From the NCBI GenBank assembly GCA_963764025.1, contig CAVXRK010000009.1, positions 600,881 to 664,880 of the forward strand: 64,000 nucleotides of DNA, written 5' to 3'. The notes under the pieces are model-generated. The model saw only the letters and a program-made list of their open reading frames with translations. It was not told the origin of the DNA and did no database searches. Below, piece by piece: positions 44,231 through 58,260 of this stretch (positions are counted from its first letter, which is position 1; each line of letters starts with the position of its first letter). The translations under genes were made by a program, and so were the position numbers. The stretch is from an uncultured Acidobacteriota bacterium (GTDB taxonomy: Bacteria > Acidobacteriota > Thermoanaerobaculia > UBA5066 > Gp7-AA6).

Positions 44231-45249
44231 GCAGCGTTCCGCACTTTGGAGGCGATTCCGGCGGTCCGGCCGTCAAGGGCCAGACCACCTACGTCGACGC
44301 GATCCGCGAAGGGCTCCGGGAGGAGATGGCCCGCGACGAGCGGGTCTTCCTCCTGGGCGAGGACATCGGGGTCTACGGTGGCGCCTTCAAGGTCACCGAC
44401 GGCCTCATCGGCGAGTTCGGCGAGAGCCGGGTCATCGACACGCCGCTCGCCGAGACGGCGATCGTCGGTGCCGCGGTCGGGGCCGCGATGATGGGCATGC
44501 GGCCGGTGGCCGAGATGCAGTTCATCGACTTCATCTCCTGCGCCTTCGACATGATCACGAACTTCGCCGCCAAGTCGCGGTACCGGACCGGCGTCGGCGT
44601 GCCGCTGGTGATCCGCGGCCCGTCGGGCGGCGGCGTGCACGGAGGGCCGTTCCACTCGCAGAACCCCGAGGCCTACTTCGCCCACACGCCGGGCCTCAAG
44701 ATCGTGCAGCCGTCGACGGCCTACGACGCGAAGGGCCTCATCAAGGCGGCCATCCGCGACGACGACCCCGTGCTCTTCTTCGAGCACAAATTCCTCTACC
44801 GACGCATCAAGGAAGAGCTTCCGGCAGACGACTACGTCGTGCCGATCGGAAAAGCCGCCGTGCGCCGCGCCGGCCGCGACCTCTCGATTCTCACCTACGG
44901 GGCGATGGTCTGGACGGCGCTCGACGCCGCGAAGACGCTCGAGGCCGAGGGCATCGATGCCGAGGTCGTGGACCTCCGGACGCTCTTTCCCCTGGACGAG
45001 ACGGCGATCCTCGAGTCGGTCGCGAAGACCAACAAGGCGATCCTCCTCCACGAGGCCACGCGCACCGGCGGGATCGGCGCCGAAATCGCGGCCGTGCTCG
45101 CGGAACGCTGCTTCGAATATCTCGACGGGCCGCTCGTCCGCGTCACCGCGCCCGACACGCCGGTGCCCTACTCGCCGCCGCTCGAGGAGTTCTTCCTCCC
45201 GAACGCTGAGAAAGTCTGCCGGGCGGCGAGAGCCCTCGCCGGCTACTGA
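44227..45249 (+). CDS. 2-oxoacid dehydrogenase E1 component beta subunit.
   Basis: The GTG start overlaps the E1 alpha stop as GTGA. Transketolase-like pyrimidine-binding and C-terminal domains are present. Confidence 0.85.
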   Translation: MSSVPHFGGDSGGPAVKGQTTYVDAIREGLREEMARDERVFLLGEDIGVYGGAFKVTDGLIGEFGESRVIDTPLAETAIVGAAVGAAMMGMRPVAEMQFIDFISCAFDMITNFAAKSRYRTGVGVPLVIRGPSGGGVHGGPFHSQNPEAYFAHTPGLKIVQPSTAYDAKGLIKAAIRDDDPVLFFEHKFLYRRIKEELPADDYVVPIGKAAVRRAGRDLSILTYGAMVWTALDAAKTLEAEGIDAEVVDLRTLFPLDETAILESVAKTNKAILLHEATRTGGIGAEIAAVLAERCFEYLDGPLVRVTAPDTPVPYSPPLEEFFLPNAEKVCRAARALAGY

Positions 45250-45336
45250 TGACCGCACAGTTCGCTCTTTGCTCCCGTCGGCGGCGTCGAGCCGCCGCTC
45301 GAGACACTCGGGCACTCGCCGGATACTGACCCCGCC

Positions 45337-45786
45337 ATGAGGTTCGACGGAACCGTCACGATCAAGGCGCCCCGGGCCGTCGTCTGGGCCTACCTGACCG
45401 ACCCGAACGAGGTCTCGAAGAGCGCGCCGGGCCTCGAAAAGCTCGAGATCGTCGAGCCCGGGAAGAAGTTTCGCGCGACGACGTCGGTCGGCTTCGGGGC
45501 CGTCAAGGTGCGCTTCGTCAACGACGTCGAGTGGGTCGAGCTCGATCCGCCGAACCGCGCGCGCATGAAGGCCCACGGCACCGCGCCGGGCTCCGGCGTC
45601 GACGCGACGACGTCGATGACGCTGACCGACGGTCAGGACGGTGCGACGGACCTCGCGTGGACGGCCGACATCAACGTCGTCGGAACGGTCGCGAGCATGG
45701 CCGCGCGCCTGATGGGCGGCGTGACGAAGAAGCTGACCTCCGCGTTCTTCGACAAGGTGCGCGAGGAGATCGAAGCGAAGCCGTAG
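45337..45786 (+). CDS. coxG: CoxG-family SRPBCC protein.
   Basis: 149 aa: MRFDGTVTIKAPRAVVWAYLTDP. Confidence 0.8.
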   Translation: MRFDGTVTIKAPRAVVWAYLTDPNEVSKSAPGLEKLEIVEPGKKFRATTSVGFGAVKVRFVNDVEWVELDPPNRARMKAHGTAPGSGVDATTSMTLTDGQDGATDLAWTADINVVGTVASMAARLMGGVTKKLTSAFFDKVREEIEAKP

Positions 45787-45999
45787 AGGCTCCCGGAATC
45801 GCGGCGCGACCAAGTTTCGCGACGTGACCGAGCGAAACGACTCGCGCCGCGGGAGCCGGAGCGCAACGAGCGGGGCCAGGCTCGCGGTCGAGCGCGCATC
45901 CGCGCGAGCCGCGAGCCGGTGCGCCGTCAGGCGCAGGCCCCCGAGCAAGCGAAGGCGACGTGCGGTGGTAGACTCCCGCCCCTCAGCGGGAGGCAGTTC

Positions 46000-46464
<465 letters not shown>

Positions 46465-46472
46465 GGGGCGAC

Positions 46473-48824
<2,352 letters not shown>

Positions 48825-48828
48825 CGCG

Positions 48829-49695
48829 ATGTACTCCTCGAGCTTCGAATACTTTCGCCCGAAGACCCTGGCCGAGGCGGCCCGGCTCCTCCAGAAGCAC
48901 AAGGGGGCGCGCCTCCTCGCCGGTGGCCACAGCCTCCTGCCCGCCATGAAGTTCAAGCTGGCGACGCCCAAAGCGCTCGTGGACCTCGCCGCGATTCCGG
49001 GACTGTCCGGAATCAAGGCGAAGGGCAAGACCGTCGAGATCGGCGCGATCACGACCCACGCGGAGATCGCCGCATCCGCCGTCGTCAAGAAGGCCTGTCC
49101 CATCCTGGCCGAAGCCGCCGCGCAGATCGGCGACCTCCAGGTCCGCAACCGGGGCACGATCGGCGGCTCGATCGCCCACGCCGACCCGGCGGCCGACTTC
49201 CCCACCGTCCTCGTGGCGCTCGGCGCGACCATCGTCGCGAAGGGTCCGAAGGGCGCGCGGAAGATCGCGGCCGACAAGTTCTTCGTCGACCTCTTCGCGA
49301 CGGCGTTGAAGAGCGGCGAGATCGTGACGTCGATCGTCGTCCCGGCCGCCGGCAGGGGGACCGGCGCGTCCTACTTCAAGCACCCGCATCCCGCGTCCCG
49401 CTACGCCGTCGTCGGCGTGGCCGCGATCGTCGAGGTCAAGGACGGAAAGGTCGCCCGCACGAGCCTCGTCGTCGGCGGCACGACGCCGAACCCGGTCCGC
49501 GCGGCGGCGGCCGAGGCGGCGCTGACCGGACAGAAGGCCGACACCGCGTCGATCGCCGCGGCCGCCGGAAAGGTCGCCGGCGCGATCTCGGATCCCCTGA
49601 GCGACACCTACGCTTCGGGCGAATTCCGCGTCCACCTGGCGACGGTTCTCTCGAAGCGCGCCCTCGGGGCGGCGGTCGACCGGGCGCGAGGCTGA
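48829..49695 (+). CDS. coxM: FAD-binding medium subunit (CoxM-like).
   Basis: 288 aa with a FAD-binding PCMH fold (LLAGGHSLLPAMKF). Confidence 0.85.
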   Translation: MYSSSFEYFRPKTLAEAARLLQKHKGARLLAGGHSLLPAMKFKLATPKALVDLAAIPGLSGIKAKGKTVEIGAITTHAEIAASAVVKKACPILAEAAAQIGDLQVRNRGTIGGSIAHADPAADFPTVLVALGATIVAKGPKGARKIAADKFFVDLFATALKSGEIVTSIVVPAAGRGTGASYFKHPHPASRYAVVGVAAIVEVKDGKVARTSLVVGGTTPNPVRAAAAEAALTGQKADTASIAAAAGKVAGAISDPLSDTYASGEFRVHLATVLSKRALGAAVDRARG

Positions 49696-49746
49696 CCTCG
49701 GCCGCACTGGAGCTCGGGCGCCGGGCCGGCACATAATCGCGGCGGA

Positions 49747-50760
49747 ATGCGCGACATCCTGACCGACGTCGAACGGTGGAAGGCCGAGGACCGGCCGATC
49801 GCCATTGCCACGGTCGTCGAGACCTGGGGTTCGGCGCCGCGGCCGGCGGGCGGCAAGCTCGGATTGACGGCCGACGGGCGCATCGCGGGGTCGGTCTCGG
49901 GCGGCTGCGTCGAGAACGCCGTGGTCGAGGCGGGGCGCAAGACCCTTTCGTCCGGTACGCCGCAGCTCCTGCACTACGGAGTCTCGGACGACACCGCGTG
50001 GAGCGTGGGGCTTGCCTGCGGCGGATCCCTCGACGTCTTCGTCGAGCGTCTCGACCCGGAGATCTTCGCGGCCGTCGCCGACGCGCTCCATCGGCAGAAA
50101 CCGGTCGCCGTCGCAACCGTGATCCGCGGGCCCGCCGGAACATTCGGCAAGAAGCTCGCCCTCCTCGAGGACGGCAGCGTCCGGGGCGGGATCGACGAGG
50201 CCGCCCTCGCGGAAACGCGCTCGGCCCTCGCGGCCCGATCGAGCCGGCGCGTCGCGGCCGGCGATCGCGAAATTTTCGTCGACGTGCTCCTGCCCGCGCC
50301 GCGGCTCGTGATCGTCGGCGGCGTGCACATCGCGGTCACCCTCGTGACGCTCGCGAAGACGCTGGGCTTTCGCACGATCCTCGTCGACCCTCGCGAGGCC
50401 TTCGGCAACGCGAAGCGCTTCCCCAACGCCGACGAGATCGTCAACGACTGGCCGGACAAGGCGCTCGAGCGCGTCGCGCCCGACGGCTCGACCGCCGTCG
50501 CCGTCTTGACGCACGATCCCAAGCTCGACGACCCCGCGCTCCTGACGGCCCTCCGCGGCCGGGCGTTCTACGTCGGGGCGCTCGGCTCCAGGCGCACCCA
50601 GGAGAAGCGGCGGGCGCGACTGACCGAGGCCGGGCTCCCCGCCGACGCCCTCGCCCGCCTCCACGCGACCGATCGGCCTGCCCCTCGGCGGGCGTTCGCC
50701 CGAGGAGATCGCCGTCGCGATCCTCGCCGAGATCGTCGCCGCCCGGAACAAGGGGGCTTA
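49747..50760 (+). CDS. XdhC/CoxI family molybdenum cofactor insertion accessory protein. The last ~30 codons are frameshifted.
   Basis: MRDILTDVERW...SVSGGCVEN... After LARLHA, an inserted A at ~50668 shifts the frame. The corrected reading is PIGLPLGGRSPEEIAVAILAEIVAARNKGA*, stopping at ~50760. Confidence 0.75.
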
Positions 50761-52468
50761 GGCGACTCCTCCGGACCCGAGACGCAGCAGCGCCTCCCGG
50801 AGCCTCGCGTGCCTCTGCAGGAGGCGCAGGTAGCTCCTCTCGTGACGCGCGGCCTTGGCCCGGACGATCTCTACGACGGCGGCCTTCTCGGCGGAAGCCC
50901 AGCGGGAGAGGTCGGGGACCAGGTCGAGCGCGAGTGCGAAGTCCCCGAAGAAGTCGCCGGGCGGGCGGCGAGAGCGTCCGGGTCGAAAGGCCGAGCGCCC
51001 GCGCGACGCGAGTCTCGGCCCTCTTCCGCAGCCGGGCGGCGTCGAGCCCCCGCTCCCGCATCCGGCGATTGATCCGGAGTCCGATGCGGCGGACGTGAAA
51101 GCGATCCCAGGCCCCGGAGACGGTGCCGGGCGCGTCGTAGATCAGGTTGCGCTCGACGAGGCGCTTCAAAGTCGCGCGCGAGGATCGGTGCCCGGGGTCC
51201 CGTGCAATGCGGGCCTCCTCGCGGTCGACGAGCGCCCGGGCGTTCCCGCTCGTCGGTCGAAAGCCGAGCTTGCGGTAGAACCAGAAGGCCCCGGACGCGA
51301 GCGCCTCCTCGTTCTCGTAGCCGAGCTGGTAGGGGTCGATCGAGAAGGACGTCACGCCGAGGGCGTCGCGGTGGAGCTTCAGGACCTGCGCGTAGATCCA
51401 GGCCGACTCGCCCTCCCGAAACGTGTAGTACATGTTGAAACCGATCTCGAGGCGCTCGAAGAAAGCCAGGCCCTCGATGTACCCGATCGGCACGCCGTTC
51501 TTGATGACGAAGCCGCCGTACGCCGAGCGCAGCGGAAGCCGCCGCTCCGGCAGGACCCCGACGAGGAAGAGCTCGACGCCGCGGCCCGGGCGCGCAGCGA
51601 CGACCGAGGTCGGGTCGGCGTGCGTGAACGTATAGAACTCGCGGTACCTCGCCGTCGTGGCCTCCCGCACCCGGTCGCAGAGACGCTCTCCCTCCCTCCG
51701 CGGGAGCCTTCGGAGGGCGAGCGGCGGGCCCGACATCACCGCGTCGAGCGAGACATCCCGCCGCGTCAGAAACGGGGCGTCGTGAAAGAACGCCGCGGCT
51801 CCCGGCACCCGCATCCGCGTTCGGGAGGCCGGGCCCTCGCCGAGATCCCAGGTGATCGGAACTTCGAGAGAGTCGAAGCGATCGGGGGCGAGCGCCGGCG
51901 GACCGGCCAGCCGCTCGTAGCGGTCGAGCAGCCAGGCGGGGTCGTCCCGGCGCCTCCCCGCCGCCGCGGCGAGCCAGTCGAGGTACGGGACGTTGGCGTC
52001 GGCGAGCGCCTCTTCCTCGAGGAGCGGAACGAACTCGGGCCACGCCGTCCGCATGCGCTCCTCCGACGCCCCCGCGTCCCAGGCGAGCCGCACGCGCCGG
52101 GGAAACCGCCGCGACAGCCAGCGCACGAGCTCGAAGGAGAAATCGGTGCCGATCGTGGTGCCCGCGATGCCGGCGACCTCCGGGGCATCGAAGGGCGACA
52201 GGTCCTCGCCGGCCGAATCGAGCGCGGCGACGCGGCGACCGAGCGTCGCGAGAAGACCGTCGGCGAGATCGCGGACGCGGCGGCTGTGGGGGTAAGCCCG
52301 AAGGAACATCAGCGCGTCGTGCAGCCGGATGAGGTCTCCCGCGTCGCGCAGGACGAGGCCCCGTGCGTCGCGGATCGCCCGCTCGGCCTCGCGCGCCCCG
52401 GGACGCCGATGGCGGACGTCTTCGAGTCGGCGCAGGATCGTCTCGGCTCGGCTCGACACGGCGCGCAT
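50757..52468 (-). CDS. Conserved hypothetical protein (~570 aa). The 3' third is spread over three frames.
   Basis: ATG at 52468 (MRAVSSRAETILRRLEDV...). About 440 aa are continuous, including GFVIKNGVPIGYIEGLAFFERLEIGFNMYYTF. The C-terminus is recoverable in other frames (…FDPDALAARP / …FALALDLVPDLSRWASAEKAAVVEIVRAKAARHERSYLRLLQRHARLREALLRLGSGGVA*). Confidence 0.5.
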
Positions 52469-52503
52469 GCTACTTCGATATATGCTCCGCCGCTCGGAGG
52501 ATC

Positions 52504-53362
52504 CATGACCACGATTCGCGCCATCCGCGCGGCGGCCGCCCTCTCGCTCGCGCTTTCGGCGTCCGCCCTCGGGCAGGCCCCGACGCCCGCGCCCGCAGCC
52601 GCTCCTCCGGCCGCACCCGCCCCGAAAGCCGCGAGCCCGAAGCCCCCCTCGGCCGAGGCGCAGGCGGCCGGCAAGGCGCTCCTCGCGAAGGTCGTGGCGT
52701 GGCTGGGCGGCGAGAAGAAGGTCGCCGGCGTGCGGGACGTCCAGACGAGGGGCCAGCTCACCGCGAAGACTCCCGAGGGCGACGCCACCATGGAAGTCCA
52801 GAGCGCGATGGTGTTTCCCGACCATCTCTTCCAGCAGATCGACTCCCCTTACGGCCGCATCGCCATGGTCGTCACGCCCCGGGAGGCCTTTCTCTTCGCC
52901 CCGAGCGGCTCGCAGGACCTTCCGCCCGTCGTCCGGTCCGAGCTGCTCAAGCAGATCCAGCGGATCCCGCTTCACCTGGTCCAGAAGGCGGCGGACCCGA
53001 AGCTCGTCGCCGCCGCGGCCGGCACGGCGAAGGTCGGCGAGATCGACGCCGCCCTGCTCGACCTGCGCTATGGCGAGGTCGCCGTGCGTTGGTTCGTGGA
53101 GCCCGCGACGGGAAAGATCGTACGGACCGAGCACATGACGACGACCCCCGAAGGCAAGACCGCGCAGATGGTTTCGGATTACTCCGACTACAAGATCGTG
53201 GACGGCTTCCCGATCGCCCACCGTCTCGAGGTCTGGACCAACGGCGAGAAGGACCAGACGCTCGTCATGGACGAATGCAAGATCAACGCGGGAATCGATC
53301 CGAAACTCTTCGAGAAGCCGCCGCCGGCGACGACGAAGGCTCCGGCCGCGCCGAAGAGCTGA
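52504..53362 (+). CDS. Secreted LolA-like/outer-membrane lipoprotein-sorting family protein (COG2834-like).
   Basis: A GGAGGA RBS precedes the ATG. Signal peptide MTTIRAIRAAAALSLALSASALG. An Ala/Pro-rich linker precedes the beta-rich domain. Confidence 0.55.
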
Positions 53363-54630
53363 CGTCACCCGCCCTGGGCGGGACGCCGGACGGCGGCTCC
53401 GAAAGCTCGGGCACTGCGCAGCCGTTCCTGGCCGGCTTGCCGTCGAGCCGGTCGCGCATCCACTGGACCGCGCTCGTCGCGCTCGCGCGCTCCGCCCGCA
53501 GATGGTCGACGCCGGGCAGCACCTCGTACCGGACGATCTCGCCCGACCGGCAGAGCGCGCCGACGAAGTCGGAGGTGACCGAGGGTCGGACGATCGTGTC
53601 CTCGCTCCCCTGCGCGACGTAGACGGGCGCCCCGATCCGCTCCCGGCCGGGGCGATTTTCCTCGAGCAGGCGCTTCCAGGGCTCGCGGGACAGCGCTCCC
53701 GGAAGAAGCATGCCTCCCGGCAGCGGCAGTCGAGTCGAAGGCGGCGCGGTATGCCTCGCCGTCGGTCTCGACGCAGTCGCGCGCGGTCCGGTCGATCGCG
53801 GAACGATCCGCGGGCGAGACGACCTCGTCGAGCGGCGCGCCGTAGACCTGCGACCAGCTCCAGAGCGCGTAGGCGCCGAGAATGCGGCCGGCCCGCTCGG
53901 ACAGGTCGTCCTCGAGCAGGACCCCCAGGTTCGTGGCCGGGGCGATTGCGGCCACGCCCGAGAGCGCGAGCTCCGGTGCGTAGGTTCGGGCGAGCTGACC
54001 GGCGAAGAGGGCGGCCTGGCCGCCCTGCGAGTGTCCCCACACGACAAACCGCGCGCCGGCCCCGCCTCCGGGATCCCCTTCGCGGCGCGCACCGAGTCGA
54101 GCACCGCGCGCCCCTCGCTCTCCCCGACGAGGTACGGGTGGACGCCGGCCGTCCCCAGGCCCGGGTAATCCGTGGCCACGACGACGTCGTCGAGCGCCAT
54201 CAACGCGAGCCAGGTGCGGGATGGTGTCGAAGAAGTCGGGGTTGACCGAGGGCGCGCAGGCATCCGACACTCCCGTCGTCGGATGAGCCCAGGCCACGAC
54301 GCTGCGACCGGCCGCCGGAGCCGGCAGTTCCGGCGCGATGACGACCCCGGAGACGGCGATGCGCCGGCCGTCGAGGCCGGTCGAGGAGTAGAGCACCTTC
54401 CAGGCCCGAGCGCCCGGCGGCGCCCCGTCGAGCTTCTCTGATCGGATCAGCCCGCCCGGAGGCGGGAGCTCACGCCGGGGAGTCGCATAGAAAGAGTCCG
54501 GCGTGCCCGGCGCCCCCGCGCACCGCACGCAGGAAGGCGAACCGCCAGGACGAAAACGACGGCTCGGCGCAAGCGGGAGAAAGTTTACGCTCGGCGGAAG
54601 GAACGTGGACGCGAAACCGTTTCGCGTCAC
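53283..54630 (-). pseudogene. Secretory lipase (LIP family, alpha/beta hydrolase) interrupted by at least three frameshifts.
   Basis: LIP-family segments alternate between two frames. The order is AHPTTGVSDACAPS, then (shift) TDYPGLGTAGVHPYLVGESEGRAVLDSVRAAK, then (shift) VVWGHSQGGQAALFAG...APATNLG, then (shift) APVYVAQGSEDTIVRP...LPGVDH. The junctions lie at ~54190, ~54030 and ~53720. Confidence 0.65.
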
Positions 54631-54787
54631 GCGATATTCGACCGGGGATTACGCGGGCGAGAGCGTCCCACGAACGCTCCTCGCCGGCGAGCGCCCGACA
54701 CGAAAGGGCGCGTGGAACCGGGGAAGGCTACAATCCCCCCGCAAGAACGATGAGAATCCTCACGCGCAAGCCGGGCGGCGTCTCCCC

Positions 54788-55545
54788 ATGATCTGCGCCC
54801 GCTGCCAGACGCTGAACCCGGATCCGGCCGAGAACTGCCTGAGCTGCGGGCTCGTCTTTGGGGGCGTTGTCGTGCCGGAGGAGTCCGTCGCCGCCGAGCT
54901 GACCTCCGTGCCCACGATGGGCAGTCCCTCGTCCTTCAAGCAATGGGCCAGCCAGTCGGTGCGGGGCGTGGCCTCGGTCGTGTTGCCGGCGGGGCTCGAG
55001 ATCGGTCACCGGTACCGGGTCAAGAGCCTTCTCGGCATGGGAGGCATGGGCGCCGTCTATCTCGTGCACGACAAGGAGCTCGACCGGGACGTCGCCCTGA
55101 AGCTCATCCGCTCCGACATCGCCGAGGACGCCGATGCGCTGGAGCGCTTCAAGCGCGAGATCCAGCTTTCGAGCCGCGTGACGCACCCCAACGTCCTGCG
55201 CGTCTTCGACCTCGGCGAGATGGACGGCATCAAGTTCCTGACGATGCAGTTCGTCGACGGGCGGGACCTCTCGACGATCCTGAAGAAGCAGGGGAAGCTC
55301 CCGACCGAGCGCCTCCTGCGCGTCTTCCGCCAGACGGCCGAAGGCCTCAAGGCCGCGCATGACCAGGGGGTCATTCACCGCGACCTGAAACCCCAGAACA
55401 TCATGCTCGACGCCTCGGACCGGGTCTACGTCACCGACTTCGGCCTGGCGAAGTCAGCCGAGCAGTCGGGAATGACCCAGACGGGCGCCGTCATCGGGAC
55501 CCCGTTCTACGCGCGGGCTTTTCGATTCGCGACCTTTGGCCTATG
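54788..55545 (+). pseudogene. Ser/Thr protein kinase fragment. It has an N-terminal zinc ribbon and kinase subdomains I-VIII, and is truncated after GTPFY.
   Basis: MICARCQTLNPDPAENCLSCG...GMGGMGAVYLVHD...HRDLKPQNIML...VTDFGLA...GTPFY. It then runs straight into a low-GC promoter-like sequence preceding the E2 gene. No frame encodes subdomains IX-XI. Confidence 0.7.
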
Positions 55546-55568
55546 CTGTCGGAGCGAGGGAGGTTTTC

Positions 55569-56991
55569 ATGTCGACTCCGGTAATCATGCCCCAGATGGG
55601 CGAGTCGATCGCCGAAGGCACCATCACCAAGTGGCTCAAGAAGGTCGGCGACACCATCAAGCGCGACGAGCCGATCTTCGAGATCTCGACGGACAAGGTG
55701 GACGCCGAGATACCCTCCCCCGTCGCCGGCACGCTGACCGAGATCAAGGTCGCCGAAGGCCAGACCGTGGCCATCAACACCGTCGTCGCCGTCATCGGCG
55801 AGGCGGGAACGGCCGCGGCTTCCGCTCCGTCCCCGGCGCCTCCGGCCCCGGCGCCGGCCGCGCCCCCTCCGGCCGCTCCGAAGGCCCCGGAACCGCCGCC
55901 GGCCCCGAAGGCCGAGGCGAAGCCGGCTCCGCCCCCCGCTCCTGCCGCCGCGCCGCCCTCCCCGGCGCCGGCGCCGGTCGCGGCACCTCGGGTCGAAGCG
56001 CCCTCCGGCGGGCAGGTCGAGTCGATCGAGGAACGCATCCGCCGGAAGTCCTCGCCCCTCGTGCGCAAGATCGCCCAGGAGAACTCCCTCGACATCGGCG
56101 ACATCGAGGGGACCGGCATTCACAATCGGGTGACCAAGAACGACGTCCTCTCGTACCTCGAGAACCGCAAGGTGGCGCAGGCGCCGATCCGCGGATCGGC
56201 CGTCCCGGCCGAGGCCCCGTCCGTCGGCCGCGCCGAGCCCATCGAGGCATCCCCCGCGCCGCGCCCCGCCATCTCCGTGACCGACCGCGACGAGGTCGTC
56301 GCGATGACGAAGATCCGCAGGATCACGGCCGAGAACATGATCCTCTCCAAGAGGACCTCGGCCCACGTGACGACCGTCTTCCAGGTCGACTACTCGAACA
56401 TCGCGAAGATCCGCGGCCAAGCACAAGGACGACTTCGTCGCCAAGAACGGCGTGAAGCTGACCTACCTGCCGTTCATCTTCCGGGCCGCGATCCAGGCGA
56501 TCCGCCAGTTCCCGCAGGTCAACGCGTCGATCGACGGCGAGAACATCGTCTACCACAAGGACGTCAACCTCGGCATGGCCGTCGCGCTCGACTGGGGCCT
56601 GATCGTTCCGGTGATCAAGAACGCCGACGAGAAGTCGATCCTCGGACTCGCGCGGAGCTCGCAGGACCTCGCCGAGCGCGCGCGCACCAAGCGGCTGAAG
56701 CCCGAGGAGATCCAGGGCGGCACCTTCACCGTCACGAACCCCGGCGTCTACGGCGGACTCTTCGGAACGCCGATCATCCCGCAGCCCCAGGTCGCGATCC
56801 TCGGCGTCGGAACGATCGAGAAGCGGCCCGTCGTCGTGACCGACGAGAACGGGCAGGACGCGCTCGGCATCCGGACGGTCGGCTATCTCGCGCTCTCCTT
56901 CGACCACCGGCTGATCGACGGCGCCGACGCCGACAAGTTCATGGCCGCGATCAAGACGACGCTCGAGACCGGAGAGTTTGATCTCGGGTAG
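55569..56991 (+). CDS. Dihydrolipoamide acyltransferase (E2) of the 2-oxoacid dehydrogenase complex, frameshifted at ~56416 in this assembly.
   Basis: A GGGAGG RBS precedes the ATG. The lipoyl domain shows IEVDKV/STDKVDAEIPSP. An Ala/Pro linker and PSBD follow. The catalytic domain continues in ORF 56452..56991 (DHRLIDGA) after an extra G in ...KIRAKHKDDF. Confidence 0.85.
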
Positions 56992-58260
56992 TCCCCGGCA
57001 GATTCCTCGACTCGGCCGCCGCGTCGGTGCGGCGATCTTTCTCCTCGCCCTCGCCGCGCGCCTCGCGGCGGCGGCGGGCGTCGGATTTTCGACCGTGCGG
57101 TTCGCCGATGCGCCCGCGTACCTGTTCGGCGCCCGGGCCCTCGCCGAGACGGGCCACTATCCACGGCGGACCGATGCGTTCCTCTTCCGGCCCCCCGGGC
57201 TATTCCGCCTTCATCGCCGCAGTCGACGCTCGGCCGCCCGGACCGGATCGCGGCCGCCAAGGTCGCGGGAGCATGTCGCCGGTGCGCTCTCAGCCGTCCT
57301 TCTTGCCGCCCTCTCGGCCCGCCTCTTCCGTCGGCGTGCCGTCGCCGTAGTGACCGGCGGGACCGCGGCCCTCCATCCGACCCTCGTTCTCGCCTCCGCC
57401 GACATCCAGTCCGAGCCGCTCTTCCTGCTGTTGCTCCTCTCGGCCGGCTACGTCCTGCTCGCAGCCGCCGACCGCCCGTCCTCGAACCTCGCGCTTGTGC
57501 GCCGGCGCCCTCCTCGCGCTGGCGGCATTGACGCGCTCCTCGGCGCTCGTTCTCGTGCCCCTTCTCCTCTCTCCCCTCTTCGATCACCGCTACCCTCGCC
57601 GCGCCGGCCTCCACGTCGCCCTCTCCGCCCTCCTCGGCTTCGGCCTCGCGCTCGCGCCCTGGATCGTGCGCAATGCGCTCGTCTTCCGGGAGCTCATTCT
57701 CGTCAACGACGGCGCCGGATACGTCTTCTACGGGCGCAACTCCGATGCGGCCCTCGGGCTCGCCGCCGCACGAACGCGCGAGGAGCTTGCCTCGGCCTCC
57801 GACGCGCTCGAGCAGCGCCGGTTCGAGCTCATCTCGGCGCTGCCGGCCGAGATTCGCGGAGCGCCCGGGCGCCTCTCGCGCGCTCTGTTCTCGGCGGCCC
57901 TCGCCGAAAGGCTCGCCGACCCGGCCGGGTCCGTGCGGCTCCTCGCCTGGAAGGCCCGCGACTGGCTGCGACCCTGGCCGGACCCGAGGTACTGGAGGCG
58001 CGGAGCGGTCGTCGCGCTCGGCGCGTACTTCACGCTTCTGTACCTCGCCGCGGCGATCGGCCTCGCGCGCGCGAAGCGGCGGGGCGCGCGGACCTTCGCC
58101 CTCGTCTTTCTCGCCCTCACGTTCGCGTTCCACCTCGCCTTCGAGACGAGCTGGCGTTACCGCGGCGGCCTACTGGGACCCCGTGCTCCTGCTCTATGCC
58201 GTGCCGGGGGCGGCATCGTTCCGGCGCCGCCGGGACTCGACCGACATCCCCGCCGCATGA
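56978..58260 (+). CDS. GT39/ArnT/PMT_2-like polytopic membrane glycosyltransferase, paralog 1, with about four frameshifts in this assembly.
   Basis: TTG start at 56978. FADAPAYLFGARALAETGHYP matches the first periplasmic loop with its D motif. Segments are recoverable across ORFs 56978.., 57027.., 57495.. and 57673... The C-terminus ...WRYR/AAYWDPVLLLYAVPG is homologous to paralog 2. Confidence 0.6.

Noticed and set aside
45787-45999. 210-nt leader upstream of coxS containing a 7-bp hairpin (CTCCCGC..GCGGGAG) that includes the GGGAGG RBS. Considered as a riboswitch or attenuator.
   Set aside because: It has no recognisable riboswitch consensus, and the spurious ORF 45824..46102 covers it. 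A single short stem-loop is insufficient evidence.
50441-54040. 1199-aa minus-strand ORF and 835-aa +strand ORF 50855..53362.
   Set aside because: Only 50757-52468 (minus) and 52504-53362 (plus, the LolA-like gene) show protein-like composition. The remainder are shadow frames.
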